Below the pieces are notes generated by a model, which worked only from the letters and a program-made list of their open reading frames with translations, searched no databases and was not told the DNA's origin. Position numbers and translations under genes: made by a program. This document shows positions 10,993 to 23,198 of a stretch of 64,000 nt of DNA, piece by piece. Within the stretch, counting starts at the first letter, position 1; the number at the start of each line of letters is the position of its first letter. The stretch comes from a candidate division FCPU426 bacterium. GTDB taxonomy: Bacteria; Oederibacteriota; PGYV01; Palsa-1178. The stretch covers positions 1 to 64,000 of the forward strand of contig CAWIXE010000003.1 of NCBI GenBank assembly GCA_963840035.1, given 5' to 3'.

Positions 10993-11842
10993 TCAGCGAT
11001 CGATCAGCTCGAGGGCGCCGGACTCGTTGCACGAGGCGTTCATCCGCCGCTCCTCCGGGGCCAGCTCGTCCAGCTCGTATCCCTGGGCGGCGACCCGGAC
11101 GGTTGGCCGGTCCTCGGACAGGTCGACCTCGTAGCGATACCAGCACAGCTCCCAGGACGCGGTCAGGAGGACCGTGCTGGAATGGCCGGGCGACGGCAGC
11201 ACCGCCACCGTCGGCATGCCGAGCGAGCGCGCCACGCCGGCCACCGTCCGCTTGTGCTCGGAGCCGTTGAACAGCTCGATCGCCGACGCCTGCTTGTGCT
11301 CGATGCTGGTCGGCACGGCGCGCACGTGGCGCGGCTCGCGGACGTGATCGAGATCGCGGTCGCGGTCTCCCCGATCGCGTCCTCGGTCACGGTCGCTCTG
11401 CCGGTCGCGGCCTCGGTCGCGGTCGCCCTGACGGTCACGGGCCCGGTCACGGTCGCCCGGTCGCTCCGGCCGCCGTCGGCGCGAGGAGGCCGGGACCGGC
11501 TCGGGACTCCAGTCGCTCGACTCCGACCACGCCTGGCCGTCGAGCTCATCGCCGAGCGTCGGCCGCGCCGAGGGCGGCGCGCCGCGGCCGTCCGGGACGG
11601 GCGCGGAAACGGCCGAACAGGCCCCGCCGACGGTCGGACCCGGAGCCGGAACTGTTGTACGCGGCCACCGTGCCCTCGCGAATCCATCCCTCGTGGATGG
11701 CGCGCGATTTGCACAGGTCACACACCGAGCGGCGCTCGCCGCCGGCCAGGTAGACCTCCGGGCGCTCGCCGCGCAGGAGCGTGCGGCCGCACACGTCACA
11801 GACCGTGTATTCGCCCGAGGTCATGATCTCCTTGGTGGCCAC
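10993..11842 (-). CDS. Hypothetical protein: N-terminal CxxC..CxxC motif, Arg/Asp low-complexity linker, C-terminal folded domain (frameshift near 11600)
   Basis: CDVCGRTLLRGE..CDLC in ORF 11546-11842; ELFNGSEHKRTVAGVARSLG..WELCWYRYEVDL in ORF 10993-11799. Confidence 0.65.
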
Positions 11843-11866
11843 CGCAGGCGAGAGTATCGAAGGTAA

Positions 11867-13943
11867 CTAGGCCTTAACAGCTTCGCGCTCGGCGCGCGCC
11901 TCTTCCACGACCTTTCCGGCCAGGTGTCCGGGTACCTCCTCGTAGCGCAGGAACTCCATCGTGAACTCTCCCTGACCGCCCGTGATCGAGCGCAGATCGG
12001 GGGCGTAGGAGAGCATCTCGGCCATCGGCACCTCGGCCTTGATCTCGCTCATGCCGGCGCCGACCGGCTCCATCCCGAGCGGCCGGCCGCGGCGCGAGTT
12101 GAGGTCGCCGATCACGTCTCCCACCGTGTCTTCGGGGGCATTCACGGTGACGAGCATGATCGGCTCGAGCAGCACCGGACCGGCCCCTTCGAGCGCCTGC
12201 TTCATGGCCAGCGAGCCCGCCAGTCTGAACGCCATCTCGGAGGAGTCGACCGTGTGGTAGGAGCCGTCGTACAGCCGCACGCGCACGTCCTTGACCGGGT
12301 AGCCGGCGACGACGCCCTCTTGCATGGCATCTTGCACGCCCTTCTCGACCGCGGGGATGAACCCCGACGGGACCACCCCGCCCTTGATCGCGTTGACGAA
12401 CTCGAACCCGGTGCCGGACTCGAGCGGCTCGATGTCGATGTGGACGTCGCCGAACTGGCCGCGCCCGCCGGTCTGCTTCTTGTGGCGTCCGTGCGCCTTG
12501 GCCGGCTTGCGGATCGTCTCCTGGTAGGGCACGCGCGGCGGCTTGAGGTTGACCTCGGCGCCGAAGCGCGACTTCAGCCGCTCGACGATCACCTCGACGT
12601 GGACCTGCGAGAGCCCGGCCACGATCTGCTCGCCGGTCTGCGGGTCGCGGTGCAGGTCGATCGTCGGGTCCTCCTCCTGGAGGCGGCGCAGAGCGGTGAA
12701 CACCTTGTCCTCGTCGCCCTTGCTCTTCGGTTCGACCGCGAACGCCATCACCGGCGCCGGCAGCTTGATCGAGGGCATCGTGATCGGCTCGTCGCGCGGC
12801 GGCCAGCCAGTCGCCGGCCTTGGTCTCCTTGAGCTTGGCCACGGCGCCGATATCGCCGGGGCCGAACTCGGTCGCGTGGCCGGTGGTGGCGCCCTCGAAG
12901 GTCACCAGCTGGCCGATCCGCTCCTTGTTGTGGGTGCGCGTGTTCAGCACCTGCGAATCCTGCTTGAGCACGCCCTGGTAGACCCGGAAGAGGTTGATCC
13001 GGCCGGCGAACGGGTCGGCGCGGGTCTTGAACACGTAGGCGAACAGCTCCTTGTCGTCGACCGGCTCGAGCGTCACCTCGCCGACCTCCAGGCCGCCGTG
13101 CTTGACCGGCGAGGGGAGGTCGTCGACGATCGCGTCGAGCAGGCGGTTGATGCCCACGTTCCGGGTGGCGATACCGCAGGTGACGGGGAAGATCGCGCCG
13201 TGGTTGGTCCCGTCCTTGAGCGCGGTGACGATCTCGTCGTGGGAGATCTCCTCGCCCTCGAGGTAGCGCTCCATCAGCGCGTCGGAGCTCTCGGACACCT
13301 CGTCCATCAGCTTCTCGCGGTACTCCTCGGCCTGCGCCTGGAGCTCGTCAGGAATCGGAATCTCGCTGCAGTTCTCGCGGGCGGCGCCGTCGTAGCGGTA
13401 GGCCTTCATGTCGACGAGGTCGATCACGCCGGAAACCTCGTGCTCTGAGCCGATCGGAATCTCGGTGGCCACGACGTGCGAGCCGTAGGCGGACTTGAGC
13501 GAGTCGAGCGTGCGGAAGAAGTCGGCCCGTTCGCGATCGAGCATGTTCACGAACAGCAGGCGCGCGAGATCGAGCTCAGCGGCGCGCTGCCACAGCCGGG
13601 TGGCGTGGACCTCGACGCCCATCACGGCGTTGACGACGAAGATCGCGGACTCGCACACGCGCAGGGCGCCGAGCGCGTCGGCAACGAAGCTCGAGTCGCC
13701 GGGAGTGTCGATCAGGTTGACCTTGCGGTCCTGCCATTCGAACGAGGCCAGCGCGGCCGAGATCGACATCTGACGCGACTTCTCATCGGGGTCGGAGTCG
13801 GATACCGTCGTGCCGTCGACCACCGTGCCCAGCCGGTTGATCGCTCCGGCCTGGAAAAGCAGCGCCTCGTGTAGGGACGTCTTGCCGCTACCGCGATGGC
13901 CGACGAGTGCCACGTTGCGGATGCGATCCGCGGCCTTGTGCAT
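11867..13943 (-). CDS. fusA: Elongation factor G paralogue (EF-G2-like; frameshift near 12800)
   Basis: IRNVALVGHRGSGKTSL, DTPG, NMLDRE, KKQTGGRGQFGD, DGSYHTVDSSEMAF, LLEPI; not in an rpsL-rpsG operon. Confidence 0.9.
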
Positions 13944-14153
13944 GCCTTACTCCTCTCTCTGGGTGTCCGTCAACTCGACGATACCGGGCCTCGCTGCGCT
14001 CGGCGTCCATGGGGCCATCCGGGCCCGTCCGGACGGCTGTCGCGGGCCGCGTAACCGCATCCGGCTTCGGGCCGGCCTGCGCTCCGCTCTTAGTTACCGG
14101 GAGACCGCTCCGCTTGGCCGGCAGTCACCACGGTCGGGCATCCTGCCCGTCCA

Positions 14154-14935
14154 CTAGTCCTGCAGCTCGGCGGCGAGCTTCGAGCGCAACCGCAGCACCG
14201 CCTTGGTGTGCAGCTGCGACACGCGCGACTCGGTCACGCCGAGGACCTCGCCGATCTCGCGCAGGGTCAGGTTCTCGTAGTAGTAGAGGGCGACGACCAG
14301 CGTCTCGCGCTCGGGCAGGGCGGCGATCGCGTCGGCGATCCGCTCGCGCAACTCGGATTGGTCGACGAGCGCCTGGGGATCGGGGGCGTGGCGGTCGGCC
14401 AGGGTGTCGAGCAGCGTGACCTGGTCGCCGGTGGCGTCCGAGACGTTCCACAGCTCGTCGAGGGCGACGATCGTCGAGTTCGAGATCTGGAGCAGGGCCT
14501 CGTGGAACTCCTCGAGGGTGATCTCAGCTCGGCTGCCATCTCCTCGTCGGTCGGCGCCCGCTGGAAGCGAGCCTCGAGCTTCATGTTGGCGCGCTCGATC
14601 TCCCGCGCGCGGGCGCGCACCGAGCGAGGGACCCAGTCGAGCGTGCGCAGCTCATCGATGATCGCGCCGCGGATGCGCATGATCGCGTAGGTCTCGAACT
14701 TGATCTCGCGGCTGAGATCGAACCGCTCGATGGCGGCGATCAGACCCCCGAGCCCGTAGGAGATCAGGTCGGCTTCCTCGACGTGCGCCGGCAGACCCGA
14801 GCCCATCCGGCCGGCCACGTATTTGACGAGCGGCGAATAGGCGACGACGAGCCGTTCGCGGGCACGCTCGTCGGCGGAGGTCTTGTAGCGCCTCCAAAGC
14901 TCGTGAAGCTCGATCGCTTTGACGTTGGTGTCCAG
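14154..14935 (-). CDS. whiG: FliA/WhiG family sigma factor (frameshift near 14522; probable CTG start)
   Basis: [70 protein letters not shown]. Confidence 0.88.
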
Positions 14936-14956
14936 TTCTCCCGCCGCAGTCGCAGG

Positions 14957-15906
14957 CTAGGCTCGCGGGTGCGCCCGCGCGTAAGCTGACCGCAAGCGAG
15001 CCGACTCTACCCGAGTGTAGACCTGGGTCGTAGAGATCGAGGCATGGCCGAGAAGCTCCTGAATCGCCCGCAGATCGGCCCCGCCCTCGAGCAGATGGGT
15101 CGCGAATGAGTGGCGCAGCGCGTGGGGATGGACCTCGGCGATGGCCGGCGCGAGGGCGCTCGCCTGGCGGGCCCAGGTGCGAAGCCGGCGTCTGATGTCC
15201 GAGGTGCCGAGACGGCGGCCCGACCGCGAGAGGAACATCGCCCGCTCCTCGTCGCCGGCCGCGCCGCCCGGGCCGCCGGGATGCCGCCGAGCGCCGGCCG
15301 CCCGCGCGCCAGGTAGCGCTCGAGCGCCCGCAGCGCGTGCTCGCCGACCGGGACGATCCTGGTCTTGTTGCCCTTGCCCTCGACGCGCACCGACTCCTGG
15401 TCGAAGTCGAGCGAGTCGACGTCGAGCGTGACGAGCTCCTCGGCCCGCAAGCCCGAGCCGTAGGCGAGCTCGAACAGCGCGCGGTCGCGTAGCTCGAGCG
15501 GCGTGGTGGCGGGGATCCGGTCCAGCAGGATCGCCACCTCGCCGGGCTTCAGCACATGCGGCAGGCGGTGGGCGCGCTTGGGCGCGCCGAGCAGCTCGGC
15601 GGGATTCTCGTCCCGATCCCCCGCGCCACCTGGACGCGGAACAGCCCGCGCAGCGCGGCGAGCTTGCGCGCCACCGTCGACGGCGCCAGACCCCGCTCGG
15701 ACAGGCCGGCGGCGTAGCGGCGCAGCAGCCTGACGTCGATCGCGGTCGGGGACAGCTCGCGCTCGGTCGCCCAGGCGGCGAACTGGGCGGAGTCGATCGC
15801 GTACGCGCGGGAGGTCTTGGGCGCCACCGCCCGCCGGTGGAGGTCGTCGGCGAACGCGGCGAGCGCCGCTCCGCCACTCATCGCTTATATCGGGGAGCGC
15901 ACGCAT
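14957..15906 (-). CDS. xerC: Tyrosine recombinase XerC-like (several frameshifts)
   Basis: [79 protein letters not shown]. Confidence 0.88.
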
Positions 15907-15918
15907 GCGTGCGCTCCC
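15893..15918. promoter_or_regulatory. Perfect 26-bp palindrome centred on the xerC start codon
   Basis: GGGAGCGCACGCATGCGTGCGCTCCC is its own reverse complement; function unknown. Confidence 0.4.
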
Positions 15919-15945
15919 GCTATTCGCCGCGCGAGCGCCGACGCC

Positions 15946-17621
15946 CTACGATCGACGTCGACGAGCGTGCCGATCGGCGTGTACGGGTAGACCGGCCTCG
16001 GCCTCGTTGTACGGCATCTCGACGCAACCGAGGCTCTGCGGGTAGCCGTACGCGCCGCGGATGTAGCCGTGCAGGGCGTCGCCGCCGTTGAAGTAGCTGA
16101 CCCACGGAATGCCCGGATCCGAGTAGTAGCTGCCGTCCGGGTTGTAGCCGCTCATCGTGACCGACGGCGCGTGCTCGAACACGGGGAAGATGCCCGTGCG
16201 CGGTCGGCGCCGCCGGGATCCCGGTGTTGACCAGTCCCGACGCCGACGGTCTTGCCGTTGTGCCACGTGCTCTCGGTCTCGGGGCTGCCCTCGCTGACCG
16301 ACACGAACGTGTAGCCAAAGGTCGAGACCTTCTTGGCGATCTGGCGCTGATCAAGCGCCTTCCACACCGCGGGGCCGGCGACGCCGTCCGGGGTCATGCC
16401 GTTGGTGTTCTCGAACGCCATGATCGCGCCCTTGGTCATCGTGCCCGAGGCTCCCGGCGTCCCACATGCTCGGTCAGCGCGGACGGCGTGTTGCGCCACT
16501 TCAGGCTGAAGTTGCCCGTCGGCGGGTGGATCGCCGCGGCCATCTGCGCCGCCGGGTTCAGCGCCACGCCGAACCACCGGCGTATTGAAGTTGTAGGGCA
16601 GGTAGCCGAGCTGCGCCAGCAGCTGCTGGAGGCGCAGCGTCGAGCCGGGCGGAACCGGCCAGGTGCCCGGAGCTGCCGTTCGCGCCGACCAGCCTGACGC
16701 CGCTCGGGAGGCCGATGCTGACGCGTCGAGCCGAGCCCGTAGCCGTAGCCCGCGGGCTGGAAGGTGATCGAGTGGTCATTGACCGTGTGCCAGGTCCCTG
16801 GCGTGCCGGGCACCGGCGGCCGATCCGAGCCGAGGACCTTCGACACCGGCTTGTTGAACGTCAAGGTGATCGGGGTGCCCGGCAGGATCTTCGAGCCCGG
16901 CTGCGGGTTGGCCACCGCGACGCCGGCCGAGCCATTCGGGAACCAGCTCACCAGCGCGCTCTTCGAGGTCTCCCACGCGTACGGGGCCGCGGCGACCTCG
17001 ACCGTACCCGCGCTGCCAGGCTTGTCGAGCGTGATCGTGCTCTCTGGACTCGCCAGCTCATGGCGGGTCATGTGCCCGGGCGGACCGTAGGAGATCACCC
17101 GCACCGGCGAGACGAACTGCAGCTTGAGCGGCGCGCCGGCTGGGATCGTCAGGTAGTGCGCGGTCAACTTCGCGCTCGGGGTCATGATCTGCAGTTGCAG
17201 TCGCTGCGTCTTGCCCGCCAGCCACGAGATCCAGCCCGGGCGCTTGACCACGACCTGGACCGTCAGCAGCGTGTGGGCCGGGATCGTCTTCCGGGGCCAG
17301 ATCTGGTTGTCACGGACGTAGGTGGGGATCGTCCGGTTCGTCGGCGCGGCGGTCACCACCGCGCTCTCGATCGTGCCGCCCCCGAGTGGCAGGCCAACCT
17401 TGGCGATCGCGGTCGGGTCCTGGGTCAGGCTCGCGGTCGCTGAGACGAGGATCAGCGCCGCCGCAGCCAGCAGGCCGACGAGGATCAGCATGATCCCGCC
17501 TATGACCCACCGCAGGCCGCGGTTGCGGCGCTTGGGCGGCGGCAGGTGGCGCGCCTGTATGCGCGCCCGCCGTTGCGGCCCGTTCGCGATCGAGATTACG
17601 GTCGGAAATAGTCGCCATCAA
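15946..17621 (-). CDS. L,D-transpeptidase family protein with membrane anchor, Ig-like and PG-binding regions (several frameshifts)
   Basis: N-terminal TM helix; TKGAIMAFENTNGMTPDGVAGPAVW (PG-binding); WVSYFNGGDALHG..YPQSLGCVEMP (YkuD H..C motif). Confidence 0.8.
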
Positions 17622-18070
17622 GCATCACCCACGCCGAGAATCGTAGCGAGCCGGTGCGGCCGGCCAATTAACACCTGAATAACTTTCATCGTCCGAAGCG
17701 GGACCACCGCGTTGATTTCGCGCATATTGCGCGCATTCCTTTCCTGCCAGGGTACGGAACCGGGCGGCTGGAATCATACGTCCCGCCCCCAGCGGCGCAC
17801 ATGATGGCGCAATTTTCGTTGCGCGGCATCGCGGGGGATAATTCTTGCAAATACCGCGGTCCGGAAAGTTGCGCGCTCTTGAAGAAGATCCGCCCCTCCC
17901 GGCTTCGCGCTCGGCCTGGTTGGCACGTTCGGGAACGTGGGCGAGAGAGCCGGATATATCGTGGTTGTGGGGCTGATAGCGCGTCGGTCGTCGTCAGCCA
18001 AGCCGCCGCGGTTGGCTGACGCAGGACGCAAGGGGCCCGTTATGGCTGGCGGCCGGTGGAGCGGCTTGGC

Positions 18071-18720
18071 TGCCGCCGCCACACCGCGCTATTTGGCCAG
18101 GAGGTCGGGGCGCTGGAGCGCCCGACCTCCGGGCACGAGGCGCACAGCAGTGACCGCACACGCGGGCGATTCTGCAATTCCCCGTCGCCGGGAGAGGCCG
18201 CGCGAACTACGGCAACTTTCCGCCACCCCCTGGAGGCAAATTGCCATCGTTCGGGTCGAGGAGCGCGACCGGCCGTTCTCCGCCACCTTTGTTCAGGCCC
18301 CCTGAACATTTTTGGCGAAGTTCACGGGCGCCGTGCCCACCCAATCGCCCGCCCCTCCTCCTCCCCGGAGGTCGGGCGCTCCGAGATCCCCGACCTCCCT
18401 GCCAACCAGCGCGGCGCGGCGGCGGCGGGAACGGCTCCGCCGGACCAAGGCCCCGGATCGCCGCCGAAATCAGCGGGCACCATCGAACGATCGTAATTAG
18501 GTTCAGGGGCTCTGAACCTAATTACGATCGTTCGCGCCAACCGCGGTTTGTCGACCGAAACCGCAGTTGTTCGGTTCGCACAAGGCGTCGAAGTTGTGCA
18601 ACAGCCTCCCCCGGCGGAAGATCGCCAACGTTCGCGCCAACCAGACTAGATCGGCGTTCTCCGCGAACTCCGCCAGTTTCATTCAACCCCGCCTGAACAT
18701 TTGTGGCGAAGTTCGCCGGA
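18071..18720. repeat. Mosaic palindromic intergenic element, copy 2
   Basis: Direct similarity to 2-263; inverted copy of the first module at ~18364-18427; perfect 23-bp inverted repeat at 18484-18534; related ..CTGAACATTT.TGGCGAAGTTC modules at 18291-18323 and 18681-18714. Confidence 0.85.
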
Positions 18721-18740
18721 GCGGGGCCGCCTCTTCGGCG

Positions 18741-20426
<1,686 letters not shown>

Positions 20427-20487
20427 CGCCGGCGGGACTGTAACCGGTGGCGCGTGGGCGAGGTCGGCCGCGGTGGCGGCCCGTAGC

Positions 20488-20832
20488 TCAATAGGAAGCG
20501 TCGATCGGGCCGGGGCGGGAGCGATCCTCGGCGTCGCGCATCCGGGCGCGCTCCCAGTGCCGCAGGCGCCACAGGTCGCGCGTCACCTGGGCGGGATCGA
20601 GCTGCCGCCCGGGCAGATGCATGTTCGCCATCGCGATCAGCCGCCGCTCGTCGCCGGTCAGCGCCATCCACTTGGCCAGCACATCGTCGGAGTCCGGGAG
20701 CCGGGCGCTGCCATACGGACGGGTGTCGTCCGGGAACTGGACGCAGTATTCGCTCAGCAGCTGATGAGTTTGGGTCAGGTAGGCGATGATCGGCCGGTGG
20801 GGGTAGATCAGGTAGGCGTACTCGGCGCTGAT
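20488..20832 (-). CDS. Hypothetical protein, 5' end cut at the segment junction
   Basis: High-GC codon pattern from ISAEYAYLIYPHRP to the stop at 20488; upstream sequence switches composition. Confidence 0.55.
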   Translation of the reverse strand: MSAEYAYLIYPHRPIIAYLTQTHQLLSEYCVQFPDDTRPYGSARLPDSDDVLAKWMALTGDERRLIAMANMHLPGRQLDPAQVTRDLWRLRHWERARMRDAEDRSRPGPIDASY

Positions 20833-20845
20833 AACATGGGAAATC
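20820..20845. other. Junction between two unrelated genomic segments (probable chimeric join)
   Basis: Abrupt change in GC and codon usage; genes on both sides are 5'-truncated back to back; no IR, att site, tRNA or integrase at the join. Confidence 0.85.
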
Positions 20846-23176
20846 CGTGCGAAATTCAACAAGTCGGTCGGCTACTGGCATATTTATATGGACGGGAAAC
20901 TTGTGTTCAGATGGACAGCGTCAGTTTCGCCCTGGCCGAGCGACAGCCAAAACTGGCACCCCCAGTTTGGCATTTATGCAAACCATAGGGGGCAGGTCCA
21001 AATGGAAGCGTATTTTGACGATTTGATAATAGCCAAATACAACGGCCAGCTTATGCAGGACAGCACTGCTCCGAGAGCGCCGTCTTCTGTACGGGATGGC
21101 ACTTCGGCCACGGCGGATCTCGCAGAAACCGTTTCGAGCACGCAGCTTAGCGCGAACTGGGACCCGGCATCAGACGCAGAAACCGGCATAGCCAAATACT
21201 TGTATGCTATTGGGACAACTCCCGGTGCCACAAACATCGCAAGTTGGACGGACAACGGCACAAGCACGTCTGTAACAAGGACCGGATTGAATCTGACGAT
21301 AGGCACGACGTATTATTTTTCGGTGATGGCGGAAAACGGATTTGGCCTGCAGAGTACGGCAAAGAATTCCAATGGGCAGTTTGTGAGCGCAGCAGGCACA
21401 CCTACCGTTACGCCTACAAACACCAATACGCCGGTGAATACCGCGACGGTTACACCGCTTCCTACGGCGTGTCTTGAATCCGGGGCAACGTGGCAAAATG
21501 TCCCGTTTGCCGTGCAAACAGGTATCTTTACGGTCACGTTCAACGCCGTACCGCTCGCGGCTGATATCAACAGCGTCGTCATGGGGCTGTCGAATGGCCC
21601 GGCAACAGGATATACTTCGCTCGCGGCAATCGCAAGGTTTAATCCCACCGGGACGATCGATGCGAGGAACGGCGGTGCATATGCGGCGCAAAATGCCATT
21701 CCATACCAGACAGGGGGAAAATATTATTTCAGGTTCGTTGTGAACATCACGACAAAAACATATTCAGCCTATGTTACGCCCGAAGGTTCGACTGAACAGG
21801 TTATTGGTATTGATTACGCTTTCAGGACGGAACAGGCAGGTGTAGCACAGCTCAATAATTTTGGAACATTGACAGACACCGGCGCGAATGTCGTATGCGA
21901 TTTCAATCTTGTGGCACCTACGGCTACTCCGACAAAAACACCCACAAAGACAAGCACTCCGCTGTCGACCCTGACCGGCACGCCTTTGCCGTCGTCTACT
22001 TATACCAGGACAAAAACAACGTCTCCGACAAGGACAAGCACGCCAATAACGCCTTCGGCAACGCCGACGACACCGGTACCGAGTGCGAGTGCGACAGCCT
22101 CCATGACACCTTCGATAACACTTACAATAACAGAAACATGGACAGCCTCTGTGTCTCCAATAATTACTAATACAGATACACCGACAAATACGCCAATAAC
22201 GCCTTCGGCAACATCTACGACACCAGTGCCGACGAACACGCCAATAACACCTTCGCCAACGCCTACGGCACCAATACCGACGAAAACATTTACAAAGACT
22301 AATACACCGGTGCCGCCTACATCAACACCGACAACAGGGGTCTCGAATATCACATTGAAGTTAAAGAGCGGCGACACGAATAATTCAACAAACAGCCCGC
22401 ACCCGCAGATAAGGGTCATCAATACAGGAACGACAGCCCTGAACCTGAATAATGTGGAAGTGCGCTACTGGTTCAACTACGATGCTTCGGCAGGCTCAGC
22501 ACAGGCGTTCCTCGACTGGGCGGGGAAAATGCCACAGGGCCAGACAGTGAGCCAAAATGTTCAGGTTGCGGTCGTAACACAGGCAGTCGGCACGCAGACA
22601 CATTACCTGCGCTTGAGGTTCATAAACAGCATGGTACTGCAGCCGAATGAGTACGTTGAGATACAGTCGAGGTTCAACAAAAGCGACTGGTCGAACATGC
22701 TGCAGAGCAACGACTGGAGCTATGCCGCGAACGGAGACTTTACAATAACAACCAGGATAACCGGGTATGTGAACGGCTCGCTTGTATATGGACATGAACC
22801 AACAGCCGCTGTGCAGGGCCAGTCGGCGCAGGTGACGAATATACTGACTTACCCGAATCCCGCGACAGCAGGTACGGGCGCTGTGCTTTCGTACAACATA
22901 GCCGGTAGCGGCATGAGCAGCCAGAGCGTGAATTACGCGATACCCGACCCGGACGCGAAGGTTACGCTTGACATATTCACGGCAACAGGAAGGCTGGTAT
23001 GGAAGAAAGAGCTGTCCGGAGTGTCAAACGTGTCGACAGGCAGGCATATAGTGAACTGGGATGGGAAGTCTGCCGGCGGGCACGAGCTCGCGGCAGGGAC
23101 GTATATATTGAAGGTAAGCGTTCTTTCAAACAACCAGGTAAACAGCAAAAGTTTTGTAGTGATAATGCTCCGGTAG
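20831..23176 (+). CDS. 5'-truncated multidomain surface glycan-active protein: jelly-roll/lyase-like fragment, FN3-like domain, beta-sandwich, Thr/Pro linker, CBM3, FlgD-Ig/T9SS-like CTD
   Basis: The frame is open upstream of Met 20888 (ITWEIRAKFNKSVGYWHIYMDGK..QFGIY). FN3-like LSANWDPASDAETGIAKY..TTYYFSV; CBM3 IRVINTG..VRYWF..NDWSY..YVNGSLVYGHEP; CTD TYPNP..WDGKSAGG..AGTYI. Confidence 0.8.
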   Translation: MTWEIRAKFNKSVGYWHIYMDGKLVFRWTASVSPWPSDSQNWHPQFGIYANHRGQVQMEAYFDDLIIAKYNGQLMQDSTAPRAPSSVRDGTSATADLAETVSSTQLSANWDPASDAETGIAKYLYAIGTTPGATNIASWTDNGTSTSVTRTGLNLTIGTTYYFSVMAENGFGLQSTAKNSNGQFVSAAGTPTVTPTNTNTPVNTATVTPLPTACLESGATWQNVPFAVQTGIFTVTFNAVPLAADINSVVMGLSNGPATGYTSLAAIARFNPTGTIDARNGGAYAAQNAIPYQTGGKYYFRFVVNITTKTYSAYVTPEGSTEQVIGIDYAFRTEQAGVAQLNNFGTLTDTGANVVCDFNLVAPTATPTKTPTKTSTPLSTLTGTPLPSSTYTRTKTTSPTRTSTPITPSATPTTPVPSASATASMTPSITLTITETWTASVSPIITNTDTPTNTPITPSATSTTPVPTNTPITPSPTPTAPIPTKTFTKTNTPVPPTSTPTTGVSNITLKLKSGDTNNSTNSPHPQIRVINTGTTALNLNNVEVRYWFNYDASAGSAQAFLDWAGKMPQGQTVSQNVQVAVVTQAVGTQTHYLRLRFINSMVLQPNEYVEIQSRFNKSDWSNMLQSNDWSYAANGDFTITTRITGYVNGSLVYGHEPTAAVQGQSAQVTNILTYPNPATAGTGAVLSYNIAGSGMSSQSVNYAIPDPDAKVTLDIFTATGRLVWKKELSGVSNVSTGRHIVNWDGKSAGGHELAAGTYILKVSVLSNNQVNSKSFVVIMLR

Positions 23177-23198
23177 GGGAGCACCTATGTGTGCTCCC
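23173..23198 (+). repeat. GTAG-type REP
   Basis: GTAG followed by the hairpin GGGAGCAC-CTATGT-GTGCTCCC; its TAG is the stop codon of the upstream gene. Confidence 0.65.

Noticed and set aside
590..17621. Programmed frameshifting or mass pseudogenisation
   Set aside because: No shared slippery motif was seen, essential genes are affected, and the pattern stops exactly at the segment junction; sequencing error is simpler.
17625..18070. Riboswitch or ncRNA upstream of the L,D-transpeptidase
   Set aside because: I could not match c-di-AMP or other riboswitch consensus motifs by eye; an Rfam scan would be needed.
14957..18720. Integron (tyrosine recombinase plus attC-like hairpins)
   Set aside because: The recombinase is XerC-like in housekeeping context, with no IntI-specific insertion seen; the hairpins lack RYYYAAC/GTTRRRY ends and enclose no cassette ORFs.
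20820..20845. Genomic-island or HGT boundary
   Set aside because: No att site, IR, tRNA or integrase; both flanking genes are cut; segment B holds housekeeping and outer-membrane genes incompatible with the segment A host.
20833..20888. ORF-track starts at 20862 (-) and 20888 (+)
   Set aside because: Artefacts of truncation: the minus ORF's first residues come from the foreign segment, and the plus frame is open upstream of Met 20888.
22040..22262. Three ~23-nt direct repeats (ACGCCAATAAC.CCTTCG.CAAC) resembling a CRISPR array
   Set aside because: In-frame TPITPS units of a Thr/Pro linker with irregular spacing (150 and 48 nt); no cas genes.
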